This document shows positions 1-12,767 of a DNA stretch of 64,000 nt, piece by piece. How positions within the stretch are numbered: the first letter of the stretch is position 1; each line of letters opens with the position of its first letter. The position numbers were made by a program, and so were the translations under genes. The notes under the pieces are model-generated. The model did no database searches. It was not told where the DNA came from and was given only the letters and a program-made list of their open reading frames with translations. Source of the DNA: Octopus sinensis (taxonomy: Eukaryota); contig NC_043000.1 of assembly GCF_006345805.1 (NCBI RefSeq), positions 134,602,001 through 134,666,000 of the forward strand, written 5' to 3'.

Positions 1-177
1 GACAACCGATGCTGGTGTGTTTATGTCCCCGTTACCTAGCGGTTCGGCAAAAGAGAACCGATAGAATAAGTACTGGGCTTACAAAAGAATAAGTCCCGGG
101 GTCGAGTTGCTCGATTAAAGGCGTTGCTCCAGCATGGCCGCAGTCAAATGACTGAAACAAGTAAAAGAGTAAAGAGA
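1..177 (+). mobile_element. SINE family A, 3' half (cut by window edge)
   Basis: Matches the 3' body and GTAAAAGAG tail of the full copies at 6897 and 9558. Confidence 0.85.
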
Positions 178-569
178 ATTATAATGTACATCAGTGAGTT
201 TGATTATGAGCTCTTCTGTAGTTTTTCTTCTTTTTTTCTCAATATAATGAGCCTAAGAAACACTAGGTTACAAATATCGGACAAAGGACTCTCAATATCG
301 ATGCAAAATTCAATAATTATATTCAAGCGAAATGCTAGTTGAATGTGACTTCGAAGTCTCGCCATTAGCAACATGTCAGTGTGTGTGTGTACAATCTTTT
401 ATTTGTTTCATTCATTACACTGGGGCCATGCTAGGGTACTGCTTTGAAGGGCTTCAGTCGAACAAATTGATCCCAGTATTTTATTGATACTTTATTAATC
501 GACACCATAAACTTTTTTTAAAGTTTGGTATTTATCTCTCTCTTTTGATGTACTGATAAATTACAATAC

Positions 570-760
570 CTATTTCTTTATTACCCACAAGGGGCTAAAC
601 ATAGAAGGGACAAACAAGGACAGACATAGGTATTAAGTCGATTACATCGGCCCCAGTGCGTAACTGGTATATAATTTATCGACCCCGAAAGGATGAAAGG
701 CAAAGTCGACCTCGGCGGAATTTGAACTCAGAACGTAACGCAGACGAAATACCGCTAAGC
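570..760 (-). mobile_element. SINE family B, 5'-truncated
   Basis: Reverse complement of the B body (GAGTTCAAATTCC B-box, ...AATAAAGAAATA tail). Confidence 0.85.
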
Positions 761-799
761 AAAAATTACAATACCGGTCGTGTGTGTATATATATAATT

Positions 800-2061
800 C
801 TTTTATTTTTTTTACTTGTTTCAGTCATTTGACTGCGGCCATGCTGAGCAGCGCCTTAAAAATCGTTTTTAGCCGAAGAAATCGACTCCAGGATTCATTC
901 TGGATCTTTTCAATTCTGAAGCCAGGACCACAGATCTTTCTACTTAACTAAATATTCTGAAACTTCGTATGCTGATAGAGTCTAGCAAAACAAGACACAG
1001 GTTGGAACTAGTTTATTTGAGAAAAATCTATTTTATGACTTTAATCGTAGATTAAAACTGCGAATTTTAACCAATCAGATTGTTTGTTTTCATGTGTAAA
1101 ACTTGACTGCATTCTATTAGTGTGACGTAGAAAGCGCTTTTGTGACGTACTAACGTTCGGAAAACTGTAAACAAACACAGAACGTAACGGCAGACGAAAT
1201 ACGGCTACGCATTTCGCCCGGCGTGCTAACGTTTCTGCCAGCTCTTTGCTTTTTTAATATTAAATTTCTTGCCTTTTGCACAAATAAATACAATAAGTGA
1301 AATGAAACGCATTAGCTTAGAAACGAAATCTTGTTAGAAGCCTCGTCACTGAGATGCCACTTCTTAATAGCAAACGAAAGCAAGTACTAACAGAATGGAA
1401 ACATTTTCAATTTAATACATGTGGCTTATTAACTAGTTTTAAATATTGTTATTAGAATGTGGCTGACTATAGGATCCTGGAAACATGAGTACGTTAAATA
1501 ATTAGAAGGAGATTTCACGGAGACATGCGGCTTGTTTACATTTAAGATGTTTAATACGTCACCAAATTGGTGGTCGAGACGGAGTAAATAAAATAAAGCC
1601 GAATGACGGAATATCATTGGTTAAAATTCTAATTATTAAACAACGTTAAACTTAGAAGTTACAATTCCGTTTTCATTCTGGTTTACAATTAAGTTTACTT
1701 TTGACACATTCTACCAGTATACGAAGTTTCAAATTGTTTGGTTCAGTAGGAAAAATTTGAAAAAACTGGCTTCAGAATTGAAAAGATCCTTTATTCTTTG
1801 TAAGCTTATTACTTACCCTATCGTTTCTTTCGCCGAACCGCTAAGTTACGGCGATGTAAACACACCAACATTGGTTATCAAGCGACAAACACAAAGACAT
1901 ACACACATATACGACGGGCTTCTTTCAGTTTCCGTCTACCAAATCCACTCACAAGGCTTTGGTCGGCCCGAGGCTAAAGTAGAAGACACTTGCCCAAGGT
2001 GCCACACAGTGGGACTGAACCTGGAACCATGTGGTTGGGAAGCAAGCTTCTTGCCACACAG
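800..2061 (-). mobile_element. SINE family A split by a MITE insertion (800-901 and 1790-2061)
   Basis: Halves rejoin to the consensus ggacttattctttgtaagc. Confidence 0.8.
902..1789. mobile_element. Non-autonomous DNA transposon (Merlin-like MITE)
   Basis: Perfect 24-bp TIR GGATCTTTTCAATTCTGAAGCCAG at 902-925 and 1766-1789; 8-bp TSD ttcattct/tttattct (7/8). GG termini plus 8-bp TSD fit Merlin. Confidence 0.7.
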
Positions 2062-2933
2062 TTTCTGTCTACTAAATCCACTGACAAGGCGTTGGTCGAT
2101 CGAATCCAAGTAAAAAAGTTACAGGGGTTTTGTCCGGTGGGTGGGATTTGTCCGAGGAGGTTTTGTCCGGATCCCATGAATTGATTGTGATTTTTTTTTC
2201 TCTGTAACTTTTTTCCTAGCCAAAATTATTACTGTGACTTTATTACTGGTCACCGGTTGATCTGGGGTTACAGGAGAAACCACTTGTCCAAGGTATTACG
2301 CAGTGGGGTTGAATCCGAAACCACGCAGTTGCAATGCGAGTTTCTTAACCATACAACCGTAACGCATAATATGCATTAATGAAATTTTATTGGGGTAGGT
2401 TTTTTTCCAAAACTATAGATTACAATTTTGCTTATGAAATTATTATTGTTTTTGATTTTTTAATACTCAGAAAGAAAAGAAGTCCATGCCATTTTAATCA
2501 TTCAATAACCAGCTGACGATCATGGCACGACATAAAGAAAAAAAACTTTTGGCGCTATCCTCGTTGATATTATTCATTACCAACGTAAAATAGGAAGACA
2601 TAATAAAACTTGCAGTTTAGGTTTAACATATTTGCATTGTAATGCAAATCAAAATTACTCTAGCCATTGAAAACTGGATTTGTATAGATCTCTTTTCTTT
2701 CGAGTAAAATAAGTAGTTTAAAAGTAAATTTCATCAACGTAATCATATTCTACAGCTTCGAAGAAATATATCTGCAAAATTTCCTTGAAAAATGTACATT
2801 ATTGGAGAAGCTATATAGAAACACAGACGGCAGTGGAGCATCAAACTGTAGTTATGCCTCAAACATTTGGAACTTTCATTAATTCGGTTTAAGTTCTCGA
2901 AAGAAAAAATATTTAACAAACTAATAATAGGCG

Positions 2934-3207
2934 CTAGCATGGCTGTATAGTTAAAAAAAAGCTAGCTTCGCAACCATGTGATTTCAAGTTTAGTCTCACA
3001 GCATGGTTCCCTAAGCAAATGCCTTCTACTATAACCCCAGGTCGACCAATACCTAGTGAGTGAATTTGGTAGGCGGAAACTGTACAGAAGCCCATCCTAT
3101 GTGTGTTTGTGTTTGTCTCCACCACCGCTTCACAACCGGTGCTGGTTTGCTTATGTCCTCGCAAATCAGCGGTTTAGCAAAAGCTACCGATAGAATAAGT
3201 ACCAGAT
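2934..3207 (+). mobile_element. Old SINE family A-like copy
   Basis: Degenerate tRNA-like head and A body. Confidence 0.65.
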
Positions 3208-3612
3208 TTGAACGGCAGTTTTTTCTAGCGGTGTCATATGAAATTGTCACCCATAATTATGACCCTAGTATCGATCTATTGCATCTCAATCTGTTTTAGG
3301 GTTAGGGTTAGGGGTGGGAGGAAGGATGTCTTTTTTTCTTCAGAAATGTAAATAAACCCAATCTGTTTCTTAAACGAGGGACATATTCATACGGCACAGA
3401 ATGTTTTCACCTCAATAGACGTCATTGATTGGTTGAAATTGCAGAAATTGAAGAAAAATAAACAGCAAATATGTTACAAACTATAGAATTTTCTTAATAA
3501 AGGCAAGAGAAAAAGATGTTTTATAAACACATTCTACCAGTATACGAAGTTTTAAAGTGTTTAGTTACGTAGAAATTATTTTTAAAAACTGCCGGTCAAA
3601 CCGAAAAGATCC
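3207..3612. mobile_element. Partial Merlin-like MITE with internal (TTAGGG)3
   Basis: Shares acattctaccagtatacgaagttt and ...GAAAAGATCC end with 902-1789; telomeric-type repeats near 3296-3312. Confidence 0.6.
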
Positions 3613-3855
3613 CCAGATTTTAAAAATAATTATAATATAAACTGGAGTCAAGTTGTTCGACTGAAATCCTTCTAGACGGTGCCGCAGTCCAAGTAAAAGA
3701 TAGATAATAAACACAATGAAAAATATTAAATTTTGGCTATTCTCGTAGTTTGATGCACCCTTGTTACTGAGACCTAGTCCATGACTGATTGAACATCCTG
3801 GCATTTTGTATATCAAGAACTATATTGTCCAATGTATCCAAACACGGTAATCATA

Positions 3856-4434
3856 GGCGTGTGGCAAGTAGCTTGCTTACGAACTACATGGTTCCGGGTT
3901 CAGTCCCACTGCGTGGCACCTACTACTATAGCCTCGGGCCGACCAAAGCCTTGCGAGTGGATTTGGTAAACGGAAACTGAAAGAAGGCGGCGAGCTGGCA
4001 GAATCGTTAGCACGCCGGGCGAAATGCTTTGCGGTATTTCGTCTATCGCAACGTTCTGAGTTCAAATTCCGCCGAGGTCGACTTTGCCTTTCATCCTTTC
4101 GGGGTCGATAAATTAAGTACCAGTTACGCACTGGGGTCGATGTAATCGACTTAATACCTATGTCTGTCCTTGTTTGTTCCCTCTGTGTTTAGCCCCTTGT
4201 GGGTAATAAAGAAATAGGAAACTGAAAGAAGCCTATCATATATATGTATACATATGTGTGTGTATATGTTTGTGTGTCTGTGTTTGTCCCCCCAACATCG
4301 CTTGACAACCGATGCTGGTGTGTTTACGTCCCCGTAGCTTAGCGGTTCGGCAAAAAGAGACTGATAGAATAAGTACTAGGCTTACAAAGAATAAGTCCTG
4401 GGGTCAGTCAAATGACTGAAACAAGTAAAAGAGT
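3856..4434 (+). mobile_element. SINE family A with nested SINE B
   Basis: A head 3856-3986, A body resumes at 4217. Confidence 0.85.
3987..4216 (+). mobile_element. SINE family B, full length
   Basis: GCGGCGAGCTGGCAGAA head, B-box, AAAGAAATA tail; 15-bp TSD GGAAACTGAAAGAAG (3972-3986, 4217-4231). Confidence 0.9.
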
Positions 4435-5078
4435 AATGTCTAATAAGATAGAAATTTGGCTGTTATTTCTAGCATGCCAAATAAACATATAGATGTTTTA
4501 AATGGTCCTTCGTTTGGATCGTTCGATACACCTTTAGAATTTATAAGCTATAGCTTTTTAATGGAATAAAACTACTAAGATGAAAGAAATACAATACTTT
4601 AGCCATTCTTCCAGAAATCCTTTAGAATCATAAAACTAGTTTATACAATGAAAAAAGAAAAGAAAGAAAAGTCATTGAATGGATTTAAAGAGATGCTAAT
4701 TAACTGCAATAAGAGTAAATATTGGCGATATGCCCAGTAGTTAGAGAAACAATTAAAATGCAACCCAACACAGTTACTCTCATATAAAGACCAGTATTCA
4801 TAACAAATATTCTGATCTCGCTCGACAATGGTATGAACACAAACCCTGTGCAGTGGAGCAAACAAAACGAACTAGTTAACATTTTTATGAATTGCGCCCA
4901 AACAGTGTGAAAAAAATATTACATTCTTTTTACATGATTTCACGATAGATAGATAGATAGGTAGATATAAATATAGACATAGAGAGAGAGCGGGTGGGGG
5001 GGATGAGATACACTCATGCATGCACGCGTTTGGGTGAACAATCAAGTCGAAATGTAATTAATATCCTGTAGTGGAGTT

Positions 5079-5236
5079 TATTCGTTAGAAGCTGAAAAAT
5101 TCACTCCGTCACTAGTCGGAATTTCTCGATACCGGAGATCCTTCAGGTCACAAAAAAGACGTTTTTGTCGCTTAAGGACTGCAACGGCGAGAAACTCTGA
5201 GTTGTGACGGAGATAATAATCAGCTTCAAATGAATA
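5079..5236. repeat. Imperfect inverted-repeat element
   Basis: Arms tattc.tt.gaagctga...ctccgtcac...tttctcg on both strands. Confidence 0.6.
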
Positions 5237-5280
5237 CACACACACACACACATTAAAAATATTTCGTTAAGGAGAATGTA

Positions 5281-5572
5281 AGAGCACTCCGTCGGTTACG
5301 ACGAGGAAGGTCCCAGCTGATACGATCAACGGAACAACCTGCTCGTGAAATCAACGTGCGAGTGACTGAGCAATCCACAGACACGTGTACTCCTAACGTA
5401 GTTGTCAGGGAGATTCAGAAATACAGGTAATACTCATTTTTGCCAGCTGAGAGGACTGGAGCAACGTGAAATAAAGTGTCATGCTCAAGGACAGACCGCG
5501 TCGCCGGGAATTGAACTCACGACCTTACAATCGTGAGCCGAATACCCTAACCACTAAACCACGCGCCTTCAC
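5281..5572 (-). mobile_element. SINE family C-like
   Basis: tRNA-like head on minus strand and ...cgtaaccgacggagtgc tail shared with 11632-12000. Confidence 0.75.
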
Positions 5573-6757
5573 AGGAGAATGTATGTAACTTGTAATAGTA
5601 CAGTTCTCACAATTAAGTTCGAAAAATTTTAGTTATATTGGAGATGACATTGAGACATAAAGAGAATTAAACTACATTGTTTTCACTGTTCATAGATTTC
5701 AATTCGTATGGTATGACCTCCCCACACACTTTGAAACTATTATTCTTTAAGAATCTATTCATAGTAATTGGCTGCTCTGTCGAAAGACATTTCATCTAAG
5801 GATATATCAGAAATTCGTTCACTTATAACTTTAACTTGATCTGACACCCAAACGCAAACTTATTAACTGTTAAAAGTGAACTTCGTGGAAGAAGTAGGTA
5901 TATTTTAAAGAACATTAGAAAAGTCATAACATTACGATTTGAATAACCATAGCAATGTAGTTCGCTGGTTCAATGATATTACAGATAAGAGCAGATGTAA
6001 ATTCACGAGGTTAGACATCGTACTTTTTCCGATCCATTTCCAAAGACCTCCTCCTCAAAGCAATGGAATTTGAAAGAATGTATTTCACTATAAATGACAG
6101 CAGTGATATAGGGGTTATTATTCATTCCAAAAATCTCTTCTATTCGACAAAGATATCCATATATTGTTGTCAATATAGGGTCCTGGGATTGAGCGAAAAT
6201 TTGTAATCTCGTCGGATAATTCATCGTACAAAAGATCGACGCACCTAGTATCCATGCATTTAGAGTTGTGTAAACGTTTTAGATGTAAATGGTTACAAAG
6301 TATAACAAACCAACATCATCACAATGATCCTCTATCTGCTAATAATAACAGAAATATTGAGCCTTATAACCGTAAAAATCTCTGAATCATGTCCCTTCTC
6401 TTATCACAAATACAATTCCGAAGTGTACCAAGTTGTGCATCAGGGACAATTTAAGAATCGTCGCGTATGAATGCGCATGAATACAACATTATCGAGCTGA
6501 GCTAAAGAAGAAAACTACTAATTAAAAAATTTCATGATCTATTGTAATCCACAGCAATAAATACATCAACAGAAGAAACGTCTGCAAATAATGAAGAAGT
6601 AAGAGCGTAGGCTTGAAACGTCAAAGACTTTTTATTCTTCCCAAGCGTAAAACTAATACACCTGCTTGTTGTTCCTTCACCTGTCTTCGTCTTTTGTTTC
6701 CTGTGAATTTGAACTATGTATATATATATATATATGAGAGAGAGACATACATACATG

Positions 6758-6791
<34 letters not shown>

Positions 6792-6896
6792 TATATGAGA
6801 GAGGAGCTATGTTCATTTGAGTTCCACACACACAGATGTGTGTGTGTGTGTGTGTGTGTGTGCATTTTCAATTTTATATATATACTTATATATATA

Positions 6897-7309
6897 GGCG
6901 CAGGAGTGGCTGTGTGGTAAGTAGCTTGCTAACCAACTACATGGTTCCGGGTTCAGTCCCACCGCGTGGCACCTTAGACAAGTGTCTTTTACTGTAGCCT
7001 CGGGCCGACCAAAGCCTTGTGAGTGGATTTGGTAGACGAAAACTGAAAGAAGCCTGTCGTATATATGTATATATATGTATGTGTGTGTTTGTGTGTCTGT
7101 GTTTGTCCCTCTAGCATTGCCTTGACAACCGATGCTGGTGTGTTTACGTCCCCGTCACTTAGCGGTTCAGCAAAAGAGACCGATAGAATAAGTACTAGGC
7201 TTACAAAGAATAAGTCCCGGGGTCGATTTGCTCAACTAAAGGCGGTGCTCCAGCATGGCCGCAGTCAAATGACTGAAATAAGTAAAAGAGTAAAAGAGAA
7301 TAAAAGAGA
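6897..7309 (+). mobile_element. SINE family A, full length
   Basis: A-box TGGCTGTGTGG, B-box GGTTCAGTCCC, conserved body, (TAAAAGAG)n tail. Confidence 0.9.
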
Positions 7310-7769
7310 CTTCAACTTACGGTGTTTCGAGTTACGTTTTTGTCTTTTCGACTGTTTTTTTTTTAAAGAAATTAAAGGGAAAAGTACACCTCGACTGCAG
7401 TCGATTTATCCGACATATTTAAAGGCACAACACCTAAAACCCAAGAATTAAGTGAAACATTAAAGAAGATACAGATGAAAATATGTACAGACCATTTATT
7501 AAAATAGATCTGTGCTAATAAATGTTTTTAATGCTTTTTTCGAGTTACGTCGTTTTTCGACTTACGTCGCATGTCTTGGAGCCAATTTCAAATAAAATAA
7601 AGTAAAAGATTAGATTCAAAGAATCAAGCAGAACTCATAATAAACGCTCCCGCGAGGATCGGCAATCAGTTCACATTGTAAATGAATTACGATTGTAGCT
7701 TAACTTGTTCGTACAAATTAAAATCCAGAATATACAAGCGGTAGATATTTCCCCGGGGAGTAAATAATC

Positions 7770-8160
7770 TCTCTCTACTATAGGCACAATGCCTGAAATT
7801 TGGAAGAGGGGGATAGTCGATTACTTCAACCCCAGTACACATCTGGCACTTATTTTATCGACTTCGAAAGGATGAAAGGCAAAGTCTACCTCGGCGGAAC
7901 TTGAACTCAGAACATGAAGACGGACGAAATACCTATTTCTTTACTACCCACAAGGGGCTAAACACAAAGAGGACAAACAAGGACAGACGGATTAAGTCGA
8001 TTATATCGACTTCAGTGCGTAACTAGTACTTAATTTATCGACCCCGAAAGGATGAACGGCAAAGTCGACCTCGGCGGAATTTGAACTCAGAACGTAACGG
8101 CAGACGAAATACCGCTAAGCATTTCGCCCGGCGTGCTAACGTTTCTGCCAGCTCGCCGCC
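7770..8160 (-). mobile_element. SINE family B dimer
   Basis: Full B followed by a 5'-truncated B-like unit joined at AAAGAAATAG|GTATTTCGTC. Confidence 0.8.
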
Positions 8161-9131
8161 TTCCGAGGAGAAAGTGATAATCAGGTCTATGAAACGTGAA
8201 TACAGATTTATTATTTCCATATGATTACAGCTGTTTCGTAATCTCAATAAACTATTATTAATTCCAACATTCCAAATTATATACGTACATCTTACATCAA
8301 TACGCATATCTAGTATTATATAAATACAGTTGTATATTTACATAAGGGTATATGATCATATATACCGGAACATCGTAGATACATACAGGATAGAAATTAT
8401 TAAAGGACACTTCAAAAATTTGTATTAGTTATTTTATTTTATTTTTTAGTCGTATTGTCTCTATTTGAGTTGAAATATAGATTTTAAAAAAGCCATGATC
8501 ATCGTCACTGGAACATTTGCCTCTCAATTCCATAAAAAAAAAGATGAGATAGACTGGCTCGCCTTTGGTCTTACAAATGGCCAACAGTTGAAAAATTTGG
8601 AAAAAGAAAAACAATTCCTTGAAAAGGACGAGAACGTTACGGTTAGAATGGCTTCGCTCAGGCTAATACTTGATAATGAATTCTTATTTTTCACTGACGC
8701 GACGTTGCTTTTCATGTTTCATTAATATTTTTGTGTATTGTATGAAATAATGGTGTCTACGACTTATTTTTCGTTATGACAATTTTATTTTCACGGAATT
8801 TCATCTTTATACATTCATATTCATACCCATATGTATACGTACATAAACACACATAATACGTACATACGTACTTTTGTACGTACATACGTATCATCAAGTG
8901 CAATGTTAAATACGTCTATTCGTGAATGAAATATTGATATTTGTGTGATTGTAAAGGAAACATTAACAATAAGCTGAATGATTTAATTGAAGGTCGACTG
9001 GAAAGTACTTTTTTTTTTTATTTTGAGTTTATCTGCTTTGCTTTCAATTTCACCCAGACAGACAGGCGCGCAAAGATTTCATTTATGCAAAGGATTGCGT
9101 TTGTAAACACTATATGCATGCAGACACGTAC

Positions 9132-9470
9132 GGTAAGTAGCTTGCTTACCAGCCACATGGTTCCGGGTTCAGTCCCACTGCGTGGCACCTTGGGCAAGTG
9201 TCTTCTACTATATCCTCGGGCCGACCAAAGCCTTGTGAGTGGATTTGGTAGACGGAAACTGAAAGAAGCCCGTCGTATATATGTATATATATATATATGT
9301 GTGTGTTTGTATGTCTGTGTTTGTCCCCCCCCCAACATCGCTTGACAACCGATGCTGGTATGTTTACGTCCCTGTAACTTGGCGGTTCGGTAAAAGAGAC
9401 CGATGGAATAAGTACTAAAGGCGGTGCTTCAGCATGGCCGCAGTCAAATGACTGAAACAAGTAAAAGAGT
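9132..9470 (+). mobile_element. SINE family A (internally deleted)
   Basis: A head and body; lacks the ggcttacaaag...ctcgac segment. Confidence 0.85.
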
Positions 9471-9557
9471 ATACATACATACATACATCATACAAAGTAA
9501 TGACGCACACGCGCGCGGACAAACACCAAATGGACATGTTCACAGAACATACGGATA

Positions 9558-9949
9558 GGCGCAGGAGTGGCTGTGTGGTAAGTAGCTTGTTTACCAACCA
9601 CATGGTTCCGGGTTCAGTCCCACTGCGTGGCATCTTGGGCAAGTGTCTTCTGCTATAGCCCCGGGCCGACCAATGCCTTGTGAGTGGATTTGGTAGACGG
9701 AAATTGAAAGAAACCCGTCGTATATATGTATATATATGTGTGTGTGTGTGTGTTTGTGTTTGTCCCCCAAGCATTGCTTGACAACCGATGCTGGTGTGTT
9801 TATATCCCCGTCACTTAGCGGTTCGGCAAAAGAGACCGATGGAATAAGTACTGGGCTTACAAAAAGAATAAGTCCCGGGGTCGATTTGCTCGACTAAAGG
9901 CGGTGCTCCAGCATGGCCGCAGTCAACTGACTGAAACAAGTAAAAGAGT
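9558..9949 (+). mobile_element. SINE family A, full length
   Basis: Near-identical to 6897-7309. Confidence 0.9.
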
Positions 9950-9978
9950 ATAGGTACGTACGTCTATATAAATGGGAT

Positions 9979-11023
9979 TAGGACAAAAGACCCACGGTTA
10001 TATTTTTTGGTTATTTTTTCGCTTTTAGAATTTTTATTTGAATGTATCGATGTAACGACCCCAGAATTATTATTTTACTTGTTGCAGTTATTAGACTGCG
10101 ATCGGCCATGCTGGAGCACCACCTTGAAGTATTATTTTAGATGGCTGTTTCGAACCCAGAATTTTTTTAAAGCTTGATCACTTCTGTGATATAATTCATT
10201 TTTGTTTTTCTTTTTACTTGTTGCAATCATTAGACTGCGGCCATGCTGGGGCACCACCTTGAGGAATTTTTAGTTGATTTTATTGACTCTAGGATTTTTT
10301 TTTTAGATGATGGGAGTGGCTGTGTGGTAAGTAGCTTGCTTACCAACCACATGGTTCCGGGTTCAGTCCCACTGTGTGGCATCTTGGGCAAGTTTCTTTT
10401 ACTATAGCCTCGGGCCGACCAAAGCCTTGTGAGTGGATTTGGTAGACGGAAACTGAAAGAAGCCCGTCGTATATATGTATATATATATGTGTGTGTATAT
10501 TTGTGTGTCTGTGTCTGTGTTTGCCCCCCAACCCAACATCGCTTGACAACCGATGCTGGTGTGTTTACATCCCCGTAACTTAGCGGTTCGGCAAAACAGA
10601 CAGATAGAATAAGTACTAGGCTTGCACAGAATAAGTCCTGGGGTCGATTTGATGACTGAAACAAGTAAAAGAGGAAAGAGAGTAGCTCATGAAGGTCTAG
10701 ATGGTCTCTCGACATGCTAGAAATAACAGTCAAATCTCTTGAAATATTTTTTCAAACCCACCTCGGTTATATTTTTTGGTTAGTCTTCGTTTTTTTTTTT
10801 ATTTTCTAAAAATCTTTTTACTTTTTTCAGTCACTGGACTGCGGCCATGCTGGGACACCGCCATGAAGAATTTTCAGTCGAATGTATCGACCGCAGAATC
10901 TTTTTTAGGTGATTTTCAACCAGAACATAAAGTTAAGCTTATAAGGTGAAAAAAAAAAATCGAAAAATATAACCGTGGGATTTTTGTCCACTTTCACACT
11001 TTAACTATGGGGCTTTTGTCCTA
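9979..11023. mobile_element. Composite MITE-like element with TAGGACAAAAG...CTTTTGTCCTA ends
   Basis: Terminal IR and a 25/27 subterminal IR ggacaaaa..cccacggttatattttt; interior filled by SINE pieces. Confidence 0.5.
10312..10680 (+). mobile_element. SINE family A
   Basis: A head, body and tail. Confidence 0.85.
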
Positions 11024-11025
11024 CA

Positions 11026-11029
<4 letters not shown>

Positions 11030-11094
<65 letters not shown>
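11030..11094. repeat. (TA)n microsatellite
   Basis: Direct reading. Confidence 0.95.
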
Positions 11095-11098
<4 letters not shown>

Positions 11099-11174
11099 AA
11101 CCAAACAAAGAAACACAACAACGCGAGGACGTGGAACAAGTATAGTGTTATTGGACGCTCAGGAAAGAAGGAGG

Positions 11175-11209
11175 GTTTAACGTTTCGAGCGAAGCTCTTC
11201 GTCAGAAAC
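11175..11209 (-). ncRNA. Minimal type-I hammerhead ribozyme motif, canonical core
   Basis: Minus strand: gttt CTGACGA a gagc-ttc-gctc GAAA cg TT aaac; stem I 4 bp, stem II 4 bp, palindromic stem III. Confidence 0.75.
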
Positions 11210-11631
11210 ATAGGAAAAGGAAAGATCCAAAGAAGGGAAGACGGAGGGAAAAAAATCCCTAACGGTATACACGCGGTCACATATATATACATTTTCCCTG
11301 ACTTATGGACTCTCAGACGGCTCACACACACACTTCTTTTTTGTATCCAGTTTACATGATTCTTTATGTGAACTCATGTATTGAAGCAAATTATATTGTC
11401 TGGGAAGAGTTGTATTGTCTTAATGTCTTATTATCAGACACACCAGTTCTATTTCCACTCACTTATTATTAATATTTTTTCTTCCAAAATTTTCGTTGCT
11501 TTTGCAGCCTTGTTAACCATTGACAAATCGAATCGGTGCGTTAGATAATGAGGCATTAAGACAATACGGCTCTCCCCAGATACACCATATCTAATGGTGA
11601 TGCAAACGAACTCTACTTCTGCTAAATCAGG

Positions 11632-12000
11632 GAAGCACTCCGTCGGTTACGACGACGAGGGTTCCGGTTGATCCGATCAACGGAACAGCCTGCTCGTGAA
11701 ATTAACGTGTAAGTGGCTGAGCACTCCACAGACACGTGTACCCCTAACGTAGTTCTCAGGGATATTCAGCGTGACACAGAGAGTGACAAGGCCGGCCCTT
11801 TGAAATACAGGTACAACAGAAACAGGAAGTAAGAGTGAGAGAAAGTTGTGGTGAAAGAGTACAGCATCCCTGCCGGAGCCTCGTGGAGCTTTTAGGTGTT
11901 TTCGCTCAATAAACACTCACAACGCCCGGTCTGGGAATCGAAACCGCGATCCTACGACTGCGAGTCCGCTGCCCTAACCACTGGGCCATTGCGCCTCCAC
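11632..12000 (-). mobile_element. SINE family C, full length
   Basis: A-box TGGCCCAGTGG, B-box GTTTCGATTCCC, tail cgtaaccgacggagtgcttcc. Confidence 0.9.
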
Positions 12001-12554
12001 TGACTTCTACTAAATATCAATGTGTGTGCGTGCACTAACTCAACCTCATAATTACAAACCCCGGGAACTGTCTTAACTCAAAAAGTATAGTAACTTTGTT
12101 TGCGACCGGCTTGATCTCCATTAAGAGGAACTTAAATCAATCTCAAAGAAAAATAGTCATACATTCATTTGGAGTATGGTTAACAAATGTAACTACGTAA
12201 ATGTGAATCTTTGCACCCGCATGCTTGTTTGCGTGAGACTCCTAATGATACAGAGCTTTGATTCTCTGACTATGTCACAGAATCCGGGAAACCGGCCTCA
12301 TAAATCGATTGGATCGGGAATCCTTTGATCCTTGATACACAGTTATTACAGTTATAACTTTATTACGGTTATAAAGGCGATCACAAATTGAAAAAAAAAA
12401 AAAACAATTGCTGCTTCAGGCTTAATGCTATTTGAGATTATTTCTCAAGTTTTGAAAAGCGGGCTAATGTTAATATCCTCAAGTAATACTTGCAAATTGT
12501 GGCTTCTATAGGTTACCAGCAATTGCTGGTTTCGGAATATATGACAGTGGATAA

Positions 12555-12767
12555 GGCGGCGAGCTGGCAGAAACGTTAGCACGCCGGGCGAAATACGTAG
12601 CCGTATTTGTCTGCCGTTACGTTCTGAGTTCAAATTCTGCCGAGGTCGACTTTGCCTTTCATCCTTTCGGGTCGATTAAATAAGTACCAGTTACACACTG
12701 GGGTCGATATAATCGACTTAATCCGTTTGTCTGTCCTTGTTTAGCCCCTTGTGAGCAATAAAGAAAT
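12555..12767 (+). mobile_element. SINE family B
   Basis: 17-bp TSD ATATATGACAGTGGATA (12537-12553, 12768-12784). Confidence 0.9.

Noticed and set aside
2756-2882. Possible terminal exon SFEEIYLQNFLEKC...
   Set aside because: Only 41 open codons after an AG; no homology recognised
3296-3312. (TTAGGG)3 as a telomere
   Set aside because: Short and internal to a MITE
6003-6290. Protein-like frames at 6.0-6.3 kb (also 8.5 kb and 23.4 kb)
   Set aside because: No consistent splice sites or recognisable domain
7065-7451. Recurrent ORFs such as YDGLLSVSVYQIHSQGFGRPE and MLQHGRSQMTETSK
   Set aside because: Stop-free frames of non-coding SINE A copies
11900-12000. tRNA-like sequences at SINE heads
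   Set aside because: A and B boxes present but each continues into a SINE body; not tRNA genes
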